Source: Candidatus Electronema aureum
GTDB taxonomy: Bacteria > Desulfobacterota > Desulfobulbia > Desulfobulbales > Desulfobulbaceae
Length of the DNA stretch: 32,000 nt
Assembly (NCBI GenBank): GCA_004284765.1
Contig: NQJD01000019.1
Coordinates: 1 to 32,000 of the forward strand
Direction: 5' to 3'
The notes under the pieces are model-generated. The model made no database searches. It was not told the DNA's origin and was given only the letters and a program-made list of their open reading frames with translations. A program made the translations under genes and the position numbers. Of this stretch, positions 23,381 to 32,000 are shown in pieces; the first letter of the stretch is position 1; each line of letters begins with the position of its first letter.

Positions 23381-26300
23381 TCAACTCCCCCGAATTAAAT
23401 CGAGTAGCTCCTCTGCGCTCAGGCGCGCTCCTGCATCTGTACCTTCCAACAGCGAATTGGCTAAATTGCGCTTTTCGTGATGCAAGCGAACAATCTTCTC
23501 CTCAATCGTGTTAGCGGTGACTAAACGATATACGGTCACGGGCCGTTTCTGGCCGATACGATGAGCGCGGTCAGCAGCCTGATCTTCCACTGCCGGATTC
23601 CACCACGGGTCCATGTGGATGACGTAATCCGCCGCTGTCAGGTTCAAGCCTAATCCGCCCGCTTTGAGGCTAATCAGGAAGAGATCGCCGTCGCCCGCTT
23701 GGAAGGCATCAACTTGGCGAATGCGCTCTTTGGCCGGTGTGGTGCCGTCGAGATACTTGTAATGAATGTTTTTGCTGTCCAAATACTCGCGGATAAGAGC
23801 CAGATGGCCGGTGAACTGGCTGAAAATCAAGGCCTTGTGCCGCGATGCCAGCAGTTCTTCCACAACTTCGCCAAAGACCTCTAACTTACTGGAAGGAATC
23901 TTACACTGCGCGTCAATCAGCTTAGGATTGCAGCAGGCCCGGCGCAGCCGCATGATTTCTGCGAGAATTTGCAAATGCCGCCCAGCTTTTGGGTCGCTGC
24001 CCTCAATGTTCTCCAAAGCCTGCTGACGAATAGCCTCGTAAAACATCATCTCCGATTTCTTCATTTCCACCCGCAGCGTGATTTCAGTGCGCGGTGGTAG
24101 CTCGTCTAAAACCTGCGACTTGATCCGGCGGAGCATGAAAGGCCGAATCAATTTTTTGAGCTGGCGGCGGGCAATGCGGTCGTTGTGCTTCTCAATCGGA
24201 ATGCCAAAGCGAGTGTTAAACTGCTTGTAGGTACCAAGCAATCCGGCATTGATAAAGTTGAACAAATTCCACAACTCTCCGAGATGATTCTCAATCGGCG
24301 TACCCGTGGTGATCAGGCGGAACTTGGCCTTCAGGCGCATGGATGCCTTAGAACGCTTGGTGGCCGCATTCTTGATCGACTGGGCTTCGTCGAGGACGAC
24401 TGTCTGCCAAGCCACGGTTTCTAACAGTTCCACTTCTTGCTGAAGCAGAGTGTAGCTGGTAATCAGGATGTCTCGTTTACCCAAATTATCAATGATTCCT
24501 TGCCGCTCATCGGCATTGCTTAACGTGCGGAGGGTCAGCGTAGGGGCAAAGCGGCCTACTTCCTGCTCCCAGTTCATGCAGACCGATGTGGGCGCGATAA
24601 CCAGCGTTGGACCGTCTTCAGAGCGATCAAGAATCACCGCCAAGGATTGCAGCGTTTTGCCGAGACCCATATCATCGGCCAAGCAGCCGCCCACCCCAAG
24701 ATGAGCCAGCCGAGACATCCAGACAAAGCCCTCTACCTGGTAATCACGCAGATCGGCTTGCAAAGTAGAAGGGACTTCTGGCACAAAATCTTGGACAAAC
24801 TCAATTCGGGCCAACTGCTTGCGCCAACCCTCATCAGCTTGGGTGTTGGCCTGTCGAGTCAAATCATCGAGTGCCAAGGCAGCCAGCGGATGAATGCGAA
24901 TTTCATCATCACCCTCACCGGTTTTTCCGCCTGCCTCGCTGAAGCGGAGCAGCTCCTCTAAACGGCTACGAAATTCCTGAGTCAGGGCAAGAAACTGCCC
25001 CTTGCCAAGTGGAATAAAGCGGCTGCGGGCCTCGCGTACCTTGTCTAAGAGCGTTTTCAGGTCGATGATCTCATCCTGATCAACCTGAACATGGCCGGAA
25101 AGGGCAAACCAATCCTGCTGACCAGTGCGGATATTGAGGTTGAGCTGGCTAACTCCTGCCTGTTTGCGCACAGCCAGCTTCTCACCCTCTGGCCATTCCA
25201 GCACCGCCCGGTCGCGGATTTCCTCCAGCTCCAGCAGAGCTTGCAGGCATTCCTCTGGGTCAAGTAAATGCCACTCGCGGTCGTTTTCCTGCTCTAAATC
25301 CGTAGCGAGGTCAAGAATTGGGCAGCTTTCTTCGATTTCGCGGGCTTTTTCCTCTTCTATCGGCAGATTGCGACGAGTCTGCATCCGCCGTCCGCCTACT
25401 TCTGCCATCAAATTAGCCACACCTGCGCCGGGCTTGAGATACGGCCCTTTGCGCGAGAAAGGCTGAACAAACATCTCCAACCGGAAGCCGCTGCCGTAGG
25501 GGATGATGTGGATATGCACGGTGGGATCAGCCTCGACAATCTTGACATCCTTTTCCGCTGATCCTACGTCGATGGAGGAATGCACGGTCATAAAGGAAGC
25601 CATATTGCCGATAGCGTTCAACACTTGGCTACCAGCGGCGGCTGGGTAGCGTTTACCGCCCGCCCCGATGATTCCGGCCACCCGCCGGTGCTCATCGTTG
25701 ATTTCCATCACCCGGAAACGGGTCGGAGTTTCTTGCCAGACCGTCACTCGGCCTTCGCCGATTTCTTGGAGGAAATGAATGAAAAGGAAACCATCCTGTT
25801 CTTCAACCATCAGCTCCGGCTCGCCTGCCACAATTTCCACCGGTACGTTACCGGAATTCTCAAGAAAGACATGCGGGTGGCCAACCAAGGCAGGCAGTGC
25901 CTCCTCTATGTTGAATTCACAGCCACCGTTACGGGAATTCGGATCACCTACCTGACGTAACGCAGCAGCGATTTTAACGTCTTGGGCGGTAAGAAAGTCA
26001 AAGCAGCTGGGAGGCATCAACCGATTGAGGCCAACCCCTTTACCCTTGCTCCATTTGCTACCCGGCTTTTTTTTCTGTTCCTTAGCGGCTAAGGTCAATG
26101 TACCTTCGGCGAATTCAACGGTCCAAGCAAGGCGGCTGGTTTTTTCTGGTTGTCTGGCCTTGCCGGTGACACTGATCAGTTCTTCTAAACTTTGCTTCCA
26201 AGATTCTTCGTTAGGCGCGACCAAATTGACAACGCTGCGGCAGCCAATTTCCTTGGCCAAACTTTCAGCGATTTTGACCATATCCTTACGGGAAGGATCA

Positions 26301-27547
26301 GCAGCAACCAGCAGCTGGGCCGCTTCCATTGCCAGCCAGAGGAAGCTGTTGCTCTTCGCCTTGCTACAGAGTAATTCTAAAGCGACCCGCAGCTTCTCCG
26401 GCAGCTGTACACCTAGCCAGTGTAGAGCCAATCCAGCGGTCAGGGTATTGAGGCTGCGCTCCTCTTTTTCAAAGCTCTCGGTCAATATCCGCATGTCAGG
26501 CAAGGCTCCTTCCATCGTGCCGACATAGGTATCCAAAAAGCGGAAGGCCAGCTCATCCGGGCAGCCTTGGCAGCGGAGAACCAAAGCCACTGCCCGTCGG
26601 ATTGCGGCGCGGTCGCCGGGGCTGCTGCGGGCGAGCAGAGCCATGATGCAAAAGAGGCCGCTGATATTGAAGAAGAAGCCACCTTCTGGCCCGGCATATT
26701 TGTTAAGCAGAGCTAAATCTTGCTCAAAGAGCTTCAGGGCTTCATCGGTGTGTCCCCGGAGAAAGGCCGCGCTGCCTGCAAAACCGGAACCTTGGAAGGA
26801 GTCGGCATGAGCGGTTATCAACAATTCCAACTTACCGGTGCAGCCCCGCAGCAGATAGTGGCCAGCAAGCAAGCGACGAAAGGGGACGCGCTCATCCTCA
26901 GAGAGAAGTATTTTATCTTCAGCCTCCAGATACGCAGTTATCTCTGGATAATCTACGGCGTGCTCTGCCGAATAGCGGAAAATTTCGTTAAGCAGGTAAA
27001 ATTGGAAAAAACCAGATAACCCTCGGAACCAATCCACGTCAAAGGTCTCAGCAACAATCTGTATCGCTGGCGGCGACCCGCCCTGTTCTTTGCATTGCTC
27101 TTTGAGGAAAAGGGCCGCCTCCTCCATTTTATCCATGTTGCTGGTGTGCAAGCCGATACGAAATTGGCGCAGGGCGCGGCGGCAGCGGGTTGACCATTTG
27201 CCATAGAGATAGGAGACCGGTGCCTTGTGTTCAATTAATTCGGCCAAAACGGTAAAACGCCCTTCAGCAGCAGCGTGCCGAGTCAGTTGTTCCGCTAACA
27301 GTGCCGTACACTGATTGAACTCATTCAGCAGACCGATTTCACGCAACCTCGTCACCATGCTTTCTAACTCATCGCTACCTAAACGTCTAAGGCCGGGAAG
27401 ATCGACCCCGGATAGGCAGGTGGCGAGAAAGGCCGCTGAAACAGGTTCGTAAATTACGGAAATGAAGGTAAGCAAAAATTGCTCCAAGGGCGGCAGGGTA
27501 CGCACTAACTCCATTTGGCTCTTGTTCTGATGATCTAACGAGGACAT
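23381..27547 (-). CDS. SNF2-family helicase/translocase with a 931-aa N-terminal extension
   Basis: The C-terminal 457 aa form the SNF2 core: DYQVEGFVWM, DDMGLGKT (motif I), VLDEAQSIKN (motif II), TGTPIEN, then the helicase-C part LISLKAGGLGLNLTAADYVIHMDPWWNPAVEDQAADRAHRIGQ. Residues ~480-930 resemble the beta-rich bacterial SNF2-associated region. Residues 1-460 are helical and I do not recognise them. Confidence 0.9.
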   Translation of the reverse strand: MSSLDHQNKSQMELVRTLPPLEQFLLTFISVIYEPVSAAFLATCLSGVDLPGLRRLGSDELESMVTRLREIGLLNEFNQCTALLAEQLTRHAAAEGRFTVLAELIEHKAPVSYLYGKWSTRCRRALRQFRIGLHTSNMDKMEEAALFLKEQCKEQGGSPPAIQIVAETFDVDWFRGLSGFFQFYLLNEIFRYSAEHAVDYPEITAYLEAEDKILLSEDERVPFRRLLAGHYLLRGCTGKLELLITAHADSFQGSGFAGSAAFLRGHTDEALKLFEQDLALLNKYAGPEGGFFFNISGLFCIMALLARSSPGDRAAIRRAVALVLRCQGCPDELAFRFLDTYVGTMEGALPDMRILTESFEKEERSLNTLTAGLALHWLGVQLPEKLRVALELLCSKAKSNSFLWLAMEAAQLLVAADPSRKDMVKIAESLAKEIGCRSVVNLVAPNEESWKQSLEELISVTGKARQPEKTSRLAWTVEFAEGTLTLAAKEQKKKPGSKWSKGKGVGLNRLMPPSCFDFLTAQDVKIAAALRQVGDPNSRNGGCEFNIEEALPALVGHPHVFLENSGNVPVEIVAGEPELMVEEQDGFLFIHFLQEIGEGRVTVWQETPTRFRVMEINDEHRRVAGIIGAGGKRYPAAAGSQVLNAIGNMASFMTVHSSIDVGSAEKDVKIVEADPTVHIHIIPYGSGFRLEMFVQPFSRKGPYLKPGAGVANLMAEVGGRRMQTRRNLPIEEEKAREIEESCPILDLATDLEQENDREWHLLDPEECLQALLELEEIRDRAVLEWPEGEKLAVRKQAGVSQLNLNIRTGQQDWFALSGHVQVDQDEIIDLKTLLDKVREARSRFIPLGKGQFLALTQEFRSRLEELLRFSEAGGKTGEGDDEIRIHPLAALALDDLTRQANTQADEGWRKQLARIEFVQDFVPEVPSTLQADLRDYQVEGFVWMSRLAHLGVGGCLADDMGLGKTLQSLAVILDRSEDGPTLVIAPTSVCMNWEQEVGRFAPTLTLRTLSNADERQGIIDNLGKRDILITSYTLLQQEVELLETVAWQTVVLDEAQSIKNAATKRSKASMRLKAKFRLITTGTPIENHLGELWNLFNFINAGLLGTYKQFNTRFGIPIEKHNDRIARRQLKKLIRPFMLRRIKSQVLDELPPRTEITLRVEMKKSEMMFYEAIRQQALENIEGSDPKAGRHLQILAEIMRLRRACCNPKLIDAQCKIPSSKLEVFGEVVEELLASRHKALIFSQFTGHLALIREYLDSKNIHYKYLDGTTPAKERIRQVDAFQAGDGDLFLISLKAGGLGLNLTAADYVIHMDPWWNPAVEDQAADRAHRIGQKRPVTVYRLVTANTIEEKIVRLHHEKRNLANSLLEGTDAGARLSAEELLDLIRGS

Positions 27548-27590
27548 TTTTTTCCTGAACAGGTTGTATGAGCTGCGCCGGGCAGCATTT

Positions 27591-27628
27591 GCAGAAATAC
27601 AACAGGCGGGGCATTGCCTCCCCGCCTG
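27591..27628 (-). terminator. Rho-independent terminator downstream of ppiD
   Basis: On the minus strand: CAGGCGGGG / CCCCGCCTG, a perfect 9-bp stem (27603..27611 and 27620..27628) with an 8-nt loop, followed by TTGTATTTCT. A second 8-bp hairpin at 27640..27658 lies just after the stop. Confidence 0.6.
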
Positions 27629-27661
27629 CTCAACTGCCGTGCCGAGTGAGACTCGGCAGGC

Positions 27662-29560
27662 TTACTCAAGCGGCGTGTCGCGCTCGAACATATTGTCATT
27701 AATCCTTATCTTCGCTTGAGCTTGAAGACTACCTAACCAAGCGGTCAACAAATCTCGCCGGGCAGTGGCTAACTGCTGCTCTCTCGCCTGCTCATTGGCC
27801 TTGGTCGCGCCCGCCTTCCGCTCTTTGACTTCATAGACAAACCAAGCCTCACCCACCTGCACCGGCTGGGCAGGTAGTTGCTCTTTCCAAGAAAGTTTAA
27901 AGGCTTCTTGGAGCATTTGTTCTGGTGGAGCATCTTTACCTGCTGGAGCCGAACGTTTGAGAAATTCAGTAGTTGTCACGACCACACCTTCAGCCGTTTG
28001 CAGTGCTTTTTTCTCTCGGCTGGCAGCGAGCAATTTAGTGGCAGCTTGAGCAGCTAATTCCGCCGCTTTTGCCTTGGCATGATCCGCAATAACTTTTTCC
28101 CGCACTGTGTCCAACGTAGGTAAGGCAGGCTCTTGAATATCATCGGCAAAAAGAACGGCATAGCCCTCGCGCAGCTCAATGATCGAGGATAGCTCACCTT
28201 TTTTCAAACCAAATGCTGCCTCGATAAATTTAGGATCAGCAGGCAACGTGGCTGGGCGTTCTGTGCGGGAAAAATGCTCCGTAGTTTGCACCTTGCCCTG
28301 CTCCTTTTGGCTGTACTTATCCAAACTGCCTGCCTTCATGATCGACTCATAGGCAGTAGCAGCCCGTTTAAAGGTCAAGGCCTTGGCTCGCTGCCGCCGA
28401 ATGCCTGCGGCGAGGTTATCTTTAACCTGCTCGAAACTGCGTACTACTTCCGGGCGCACTTCCTCTAACTTAATCAGGTGATAGCCAAAGTTAGTTTCTA
28501 CCAGTCCGCTGGTCTCCCCCGCTTTCATGGCAAAAACTGCTGCGTCAAAGGCAGGTGCCATTCGTCCGGCAGGGAAAAAGCCCAGATCACCGCCCTGTTC
28601 TTTGTTACTGGTATCATCAGAATACTCTTTGGCTAAGGCGGCAAAATCGCTGTCTTTGGCCTGAGTTTTGGCCAGCACTTCCTCAGCCTTTTTTTTCTTT
28701 TCAGCCTTTATTGCTTCCGAAGCCCCTTCTTCGACTCGAAAAAGAATGTGGCGGGCATGACGCTGTTCTGGCTGACGGTAGCTTTCTTTGTCCTGCTCGT
28801 ACTTGGCCTTTAGCTCTTCCTCAGCAACTTGCACTTGCTGCTCGTCCTCGCTTTGATTAAAGAGCAAATACTTCAGCCGAATTTTCGGCTCAGAGCGATA
28901 CTTGGCTTTATTTTTTTCAAACCAAGCTGCGAGTTCGTTGCCGTCCGCTTTGACTTGAGACTCAAAGGCAGCAGGCTCAAATTTTACGTAAGCTATTTTG
29001 ATTTCTTCGTCTGTATAGGCTGCCCAACGCTCAACGGCATTATCAGGCACCACGGCGAAGTTACCAACCAATTCTTGTACTCGGTCAGTGCCAAGATCGG
29101 ATTTGAGGCCTTTTTCAAAGCTGCCTATAGTCATTTTGTTCTGGGCGAGGACATCTTTGTAGCGTTGAAGGCTAAAATGACCATTTTCTTGAAAAACATC
29201 CATTTGCTCAATTCGCTTCTGCACTGGTAAATCGCTGACCGTGATGCCCGCCTCGGTGCCGCCCTGTCGAAGCAGCTCCGCTTGGATCAGGCGGTATAGT
29301 ACCTGTTCCTTAATACCCAGCTGCTCGACAAAGCCGGGTGGCATTTTTCCGCCAAACTGCTGCTGGAGACCGTCCACCGCTTGCCCGTAGGCCCGCTGAA
29401 AATCGACACCGGAAATATCCGTGTCGTTAACTGAGGCTACCGAATTACGGCGACCTCCCAGATTGGTGCCAACTCCCCAGAAGATGAAAACGACCATGAT
29501 GATCAGCACCACGGCCTGGATCAAGGTTGACTGCGCTTTCTTGCGTAAAAAATCCAACAT
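27662..29560 (-). CDS. ppiD: periplasmic chaperone / peptidyl-prolyl isomerase PpiD
   Basis: The N-terminus MLDFLRKKAQSTLIQAVVLIIMVVFIFWGVG is the typical PpiD anchor. A SurA-N-like region follows, then a parvulin segment (ARHILF...DLGFF...GYHLIKLEE). The length of 632 aa is typical. Confidence 0.85.
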   Translation of the reverse strand: MLDFLRKKAQSTLIQAVVLIIMVVFIFWGVGTNLGGRRNSVASVNDTDISGVDFQRAYGQAVDGLQQQFGGKMPPGFVEQLGIKEQVLYRLIQAELLRQGGTEAGITVSDLPVQKRIEQMDVFQENGHFSLQRYKDVLAQNKMTIGSFEKGLKSDLGTDRVQELVGNFAVVPDNAVERWAAYTDEEIKIAYVKFEPAAFESQVKADGNELAAWFEKNKAKYRSEPKIRLKYLLFNQSEDEQQVQVAEEELKAKYEQDKESYRQPEQRHARHILFRVEEGASEAIKAEKKKKAEEVLAKTQAKDSDFAALAKEYSDDTSNKEQGGDLGFFPAGRMAPAFDAAVFAMKAGETSGLVETNFGYHLIKLEEVRPEVVRSFEQVKDNLAAGIRRQRAKALTFKRAATAYESIMKAGSLDKYSQKEQGKVQTTEHFSRTERPATLPADPKFIEAAFGLKKGELSSIIELREGYAVLFADDIQEPALPTLDTVREKVIADHAKAKAAELAAQAATKLLAASREKKALQTAEGVVVTTTEFLKRSAPAGKDAPPEQMLQEAFKLSWKEQLPAQPVQVGEAWFVYEVKERKAGATKANEQAREQQLATARRDLLTAWLGSLQAQAKIRINDNMFERDTPLE

Positions 29561-29724
29561 CTTGCTTCACTCTCTTATGAATTCTTGGTCAGAAAGGGGC
29601 TGTGTTTCTCCCACCTTATCCGCACAACATAGCAGGTTGTCAGCTAAAAAGCCAATTATTGTGTATTCGCAACCTCAGTTCCTTGCCAAAGCGGTCTTCG
29701 CAGGCAAAAAAAAGCGAAGATTTC

Positions 29725-29753
29725 TTGACAAAGAAAAGGCCATATAGTATGAG
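29725..29753 (+). promoter_or_regulatory. candidate sigma70 promoter for dsrC
   Basis: TTGACA (29725..29730), a 17-nt spacer, then TATGAG (29748..29753). It lies about 80 nt upstream of the ATG, and the SD GGGAGAAAG precedes the start. Confidence 0.4.
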
Positions 29754-29835
29754 TTCTGTTTAACGTCCAACTAGACCGCAACGGTGAATAATCTTTTATT
29801 CATTTCAATCTATCTTTGCCCAAGGGAGAAAGACT

Positions 29836-30156
29836 ATGGCAACCATTGAACACAACGGAAAATCTTACGAAGTTGATGAAGACGGCTTCTTGCTGAATGG
29901 CTCTGAGTCGTGGGATGACAACTGGGTCAGCTACGTCAAAGGCGTGGAAGGCATCGGCGATCTGACCGAAGAACACAAGAAGGTGATCGACGCGCTTCAA
30001 GAATACTACAAGAAAAACGGTATTGCGCCTATGGTTCGTATTCTGTCCAAGACCACTGGCTTCCCGCTGAAGAGAATTTACGAGCTATTCCCGTCTGGGC
30101 CTGGCAAAGGAGCCTGTAAGATGGCCGGTCTGCCCAAACCCACTGGCTGCGTCTAA
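29836..30156 (+). CDS. dsrC: DsrC (TusE/DsrC/DsvC-family sulfur-relay protein)
   Basis: 106 aa. It ends ...GKGACKMAGLPKPTGCV, with the two conserved cysteines of the flexible C-terminal arm that separate DsrC from single-Cys TusE. Confidence 0.9.
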   Translation: MATIEHNGKSYEVDEDGFLLNGSESWDDNWVSYVKGVEGIGDLTEEHKKVIDALQEYYKKNGIAPMVRILSKTTGFPLKRIYELFPSGPGKGACKMAGLPKPTGCV

Positions 30157-30189
30157 TCCTTTTTCAGGACAGACTCAACGTTTCAGAAA

Positions 30190-30213
30190 GGCTGCCGCAA
30201 GGTGGCCTTTTTT
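30190..30213. terminator. terminator hairpin between convergent dsrC and the ABC ATPase gene
   Basis: GGCTGCC (30190..30196), loop GCAA, GGTGGCC (30201..30207), with two G-U pairs, followed by TTTTTT (30208..30213). Confidence 0.6.
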
Positions 30214-30216
30214 ATT

Positions 30217-31113
30217 TCATCTATCCTCCGCACACAGAGTCTGGAAGGAATGAGGATGAGCCAGATCAAAACTGCTCGCATGACGGATGTACTTGGGGTT
30301 AAACCCCTCCTGCCGGATTTGCTGAATCAGCGCGCCGAATTCGGCAGTGGTTTTGACAAGGGTTGACTGGGCTACTTTGGGGAGCGCATAGTCAGCAACG
30401 ATGCGGGCACCGCGCCGCACTTCTTCGCCGTGGCCTCGGTTGTCAGTGTAGTATTGCGACAGGACAATGATCCGGGTACCAAGAAACACCGCCTCTTCTA
30501 GGTCGTGGGTGACAAAAAAAATGGTCATTTTGAACTCTTCCCACAGCTCCAGCAGGAATATCTGCATGTTCTCCCGCGAGCCAGGATCAAGCGCACCAAA
30601 CGGTTCGTCCATCAACAGGATTTTTGGCTGCATGATCAGTGATTGGGCAATCGCCACCCGCTGCCGCATCCCGCCAGACAGTTCGTGCGGGAACTTGCGA
30701 CTGTGCTCTTGCAGGCCCATCCGGGTAAGATAGGTCATCGCCCTTTCCTCAAACTCCTTGCGCCGTCGTCGTCGTTCAAAAAAGCCATACGAAAGACGTA
30801 GACCAAGCAGCACGTTATCGAGGACATTCAGATGAGGGAACAGTGAGTATTTTTGATAAACGATGCCTCGGCTGCGGTCAGCGAAGCCGCAGGGCTGGCC
30901 ATCAACCAGCACCGTACCGGAAGAGGGAAACTCCTGCCCCAGCACTAAACGGAGCAGGGTTGATTTGCCGCAGCCTGACGGCCCGACCACGGTGACTATC
31001 TCGCCCGCTGCTACAGCTAAGTCGATGTTATCCAGCACGACCTTGCTGCCGTAGGCCTTGTACACATCCTCAAGAAAGAGGCAGCTTGTCTTGCGCAGCT
31101 CATCTGGGTTCAT
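30217..31113 (-). CDS. ABC transporter ATP-binding protein (NitT/TauT: nitrate/sulfonate/taurine type)
   Basis: Walker A GPSGCGKST, Q-loop, signature LSGGMRQRVAIAQ, Walker B LLMDEPFGALD, and H-loop VTHD. The TauB/SsuB-like organisation has a ~50-aa C-terminal extension. Confidence 0.9.
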   Translation of the reverse strand: MNPDELRKTSCLFLEDVYKAYGSKVVLDNIDLAVAAGEIVTVVGPSGCGKSTLLRLVLGQEFPSSGTVLVDGQPCGFADRSRGIVYQKYSLFPHLNVLDNVLLGLRLSYGFFERRRRRKEFEERAMTYLTRMGLQEHSRKFPHELSGGMRQRVAIAQSLIMQPKILLMDEPFGALDPGSRENMQIFLLELWEEFKMTIFFVTHDLEEAVFLGTRIIVLSQYYTDNRGHGEEVRRGARIVADYALPKVAQSTLVKTTAEFGALIQQIRQEGFNPKYIRHASSFDLAHPHSFQTLCAEDR

Positions 31114-31565
31114 ACTTTTCTTTCAGAATGCTTGGAATCAACGCTGAATGCGCCGGGGCCATTGGCGATAATCATCATCAGCCCTCCAATAATCGACAAA
31201 TTTTTCATAAATGACTTCAGCTGATCCTGGATTAGTTCCGGTTCCGTGAATGTCCAGAAATGATGAAAATAATATGTCCCTGAGATGGTGAAGATCAGGA
31301 GCAGCATTGCCCCAATTCGTGCCTTGAAACCGACAATCAGCGACAGGCTACCTGCGAGCAGGAAAGCAATTGCGCCGACCAGCATAACGCTGGGAAAAGG
31401 AACTCCCTCGTGCGCCATTCGTTCAGTAACATGATGGAAATCTGGAATTTTGCTGACAAGTGCGGTCAGCAAAAAGACCGAAGCGAGCAGTATTCTGCCG
31501 ATCAGATTGATGATCCCAGCTTGAGCAGTTTTCATCTTTATGCTTTGTCTGCCTCCTGTTTGCAT
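31110..31565 (-). CDS. DoxX-family integral membrane protein
   Basis: Four hydrophobic helices in a typical DoxX layout (IGRILLASVFLL..., VMLVGAIAFLLAGSLSLIVGF, ARIGAMLLLIFTISGTYYFHHFW, ...IIGGLMMI). Its stop overlaps the ABC ATPase start (ATGA), and its start is 12 nt after the permease stop. Confidence 0.65.
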   Translation of the reverse strand: MQTGGRQSIKMKTAQAGIINLIGRILLASVFLLTALVSKIPDFHHVTERMAHEGVPFPSVMLVGAIAFLLAGSLSLIVGFKARIGAMLLLIFTISGTYYFHHFWTFTEPELIQDQLKSFMKNLSIIGGLMMIIANGPGAFSVDSKHSERKV

Positions 31566-31577
31566 TCCTTTCCTATC

Positions 31578-32000
31578 CTACTCCTGCGACTCCAAATACC
31601 AAGCATAGCGTGTTCTCAGGATAAGGCGCAGCACAGAATCCACCACCGCGCCGATCAGAACAATCCAGAGTACATAGGGAATGATCAGATCCATTGCCAG
31701 ATAACGCCGCACCAGAAAGATGCGGTAGCCGAGTCCGTTGGTGGCGGCAATGGCCTCAGCCGCAATGAGGAAGAGCCAGGCTGGCCCCATATTGATCCGC
31801 ACGGTTTCGATCAGGCGCGGCATGATCTGGGGAAGCACGATACGGTAGGCCAAACTGGTTTGAGACGCGCCCAAGGTGCAGGCTTTTATGATCTGCTCTC
31901 GTGGTATCTTCTTGACCGTCAGCTGGATGTCTCTGGTAATGAGCGGAAAGGTGCCGATGAAGATCAGTACCACCTTGGCCAGTTCATCTACGCCAAAGAC
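31578..32000 (-). CDS. ABC transporter permease (TauC/SsuC-like), 3' part; the gene continues beyond the window
   Basis: The binding-protein-dependent transport permease signature region is ...GASQTSLAYRIVLPQIMPRLIETVRINMGPAW.... The frame stays open to the window edge, so the track start at 31973 is internal. Confidence 0.8.
   Translation of the reverse strand, partial: VFGVDELAKVVLIFIGTFPLITRDIQLTVKKIPREQIIKACTLGASQTSLAYRIVLPQIMPRLIETVRINMGPAWLFLIAAEAIAATNGLGYRIFLVRRYLAMDLIIPYVLWIVLIGAVVDSVLRLILRTRYAWYLESQE

Noticed and set aside
12394-27547. The AAA+ ATPase plus the SNF2 helicase read as a phage-defence island (DISARM, Zorya or BREX-like).
   Set aside because: The two genes are about 9 kb apart, separated by a kinase operon, punA, kef and ykgJ. 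No methyltransferase, nuclease, DUF1998, PglZ or ZorAB-like partner is present. Apart from the edge fragment, no integrase or mobile gene flanks them.

Overview
This is a 32-kb chromosomal window of roughly 50% GC, estimated from spot counts. It carries a canonical DsrC at 29836..30156 with the C-terminal two-cysteine arm CKMAGLPKPTGCV, so the organism has dissimilatory sulfur metabolism. The gene content fits a Desulfobacterota-type bacterium, but I cannot place it more precisely. I support about 24 protein genes and see no rRNA, tRNA or CRISPR array.

Gene order, left to right:
- a truncated IS4-like transposase start at the window edge (minus strand)
- a Tat-exported superoxide-reductase-like protein
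- a 613-aa exported hypothetical protein
- an AcsE-like pterin-binding methyltransferase
- a 3-TM coiled-coil membrane protein
- PilZ and a YrfG-like HAD nucleotidase (minus strand)
- a 400-bp non-coding region packed with palindromic, REPIN-like repeats
- mfd followed by a TPR gene (minus strand, apparently co-transcribed, noticeably GC-richer)
- a Pal-like lipoprotein
- a 791-aa AAA+ ATPase with a large unrecognised N-terminal region
- a MASE3-GAF-PAS hybrid histidine kinase followed by three exported proteins
- purine nucleoside phosphorylase, a CPA2 (Kef-type) antiporter, and a YkgJ Cys-cluster protein
- a 1388-aa SNF2 helicase, PpiD, DsrC, and a NitT/TauT-type ABC operon with an embedded DoxX gene

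Most of the window is ordinary core genome. The best candidate for something undescribed is the kinase-linked cassette of exported proteins at 17937..20073. It contains two tandem paralogs that share an unrecognised domain. One paralog is fused to a YEATS-like (pYEATS) domain that keeps the reader-pocket motifs, and it sits behind a signal peptide.

Secondary candidates are the orphan AAA+ protein, the repeat-dense intergenic region at 6100..6490, and the compositional oddity of the mfd-TPR block. All functional calls come from motif recognition by eye; no database search was run.
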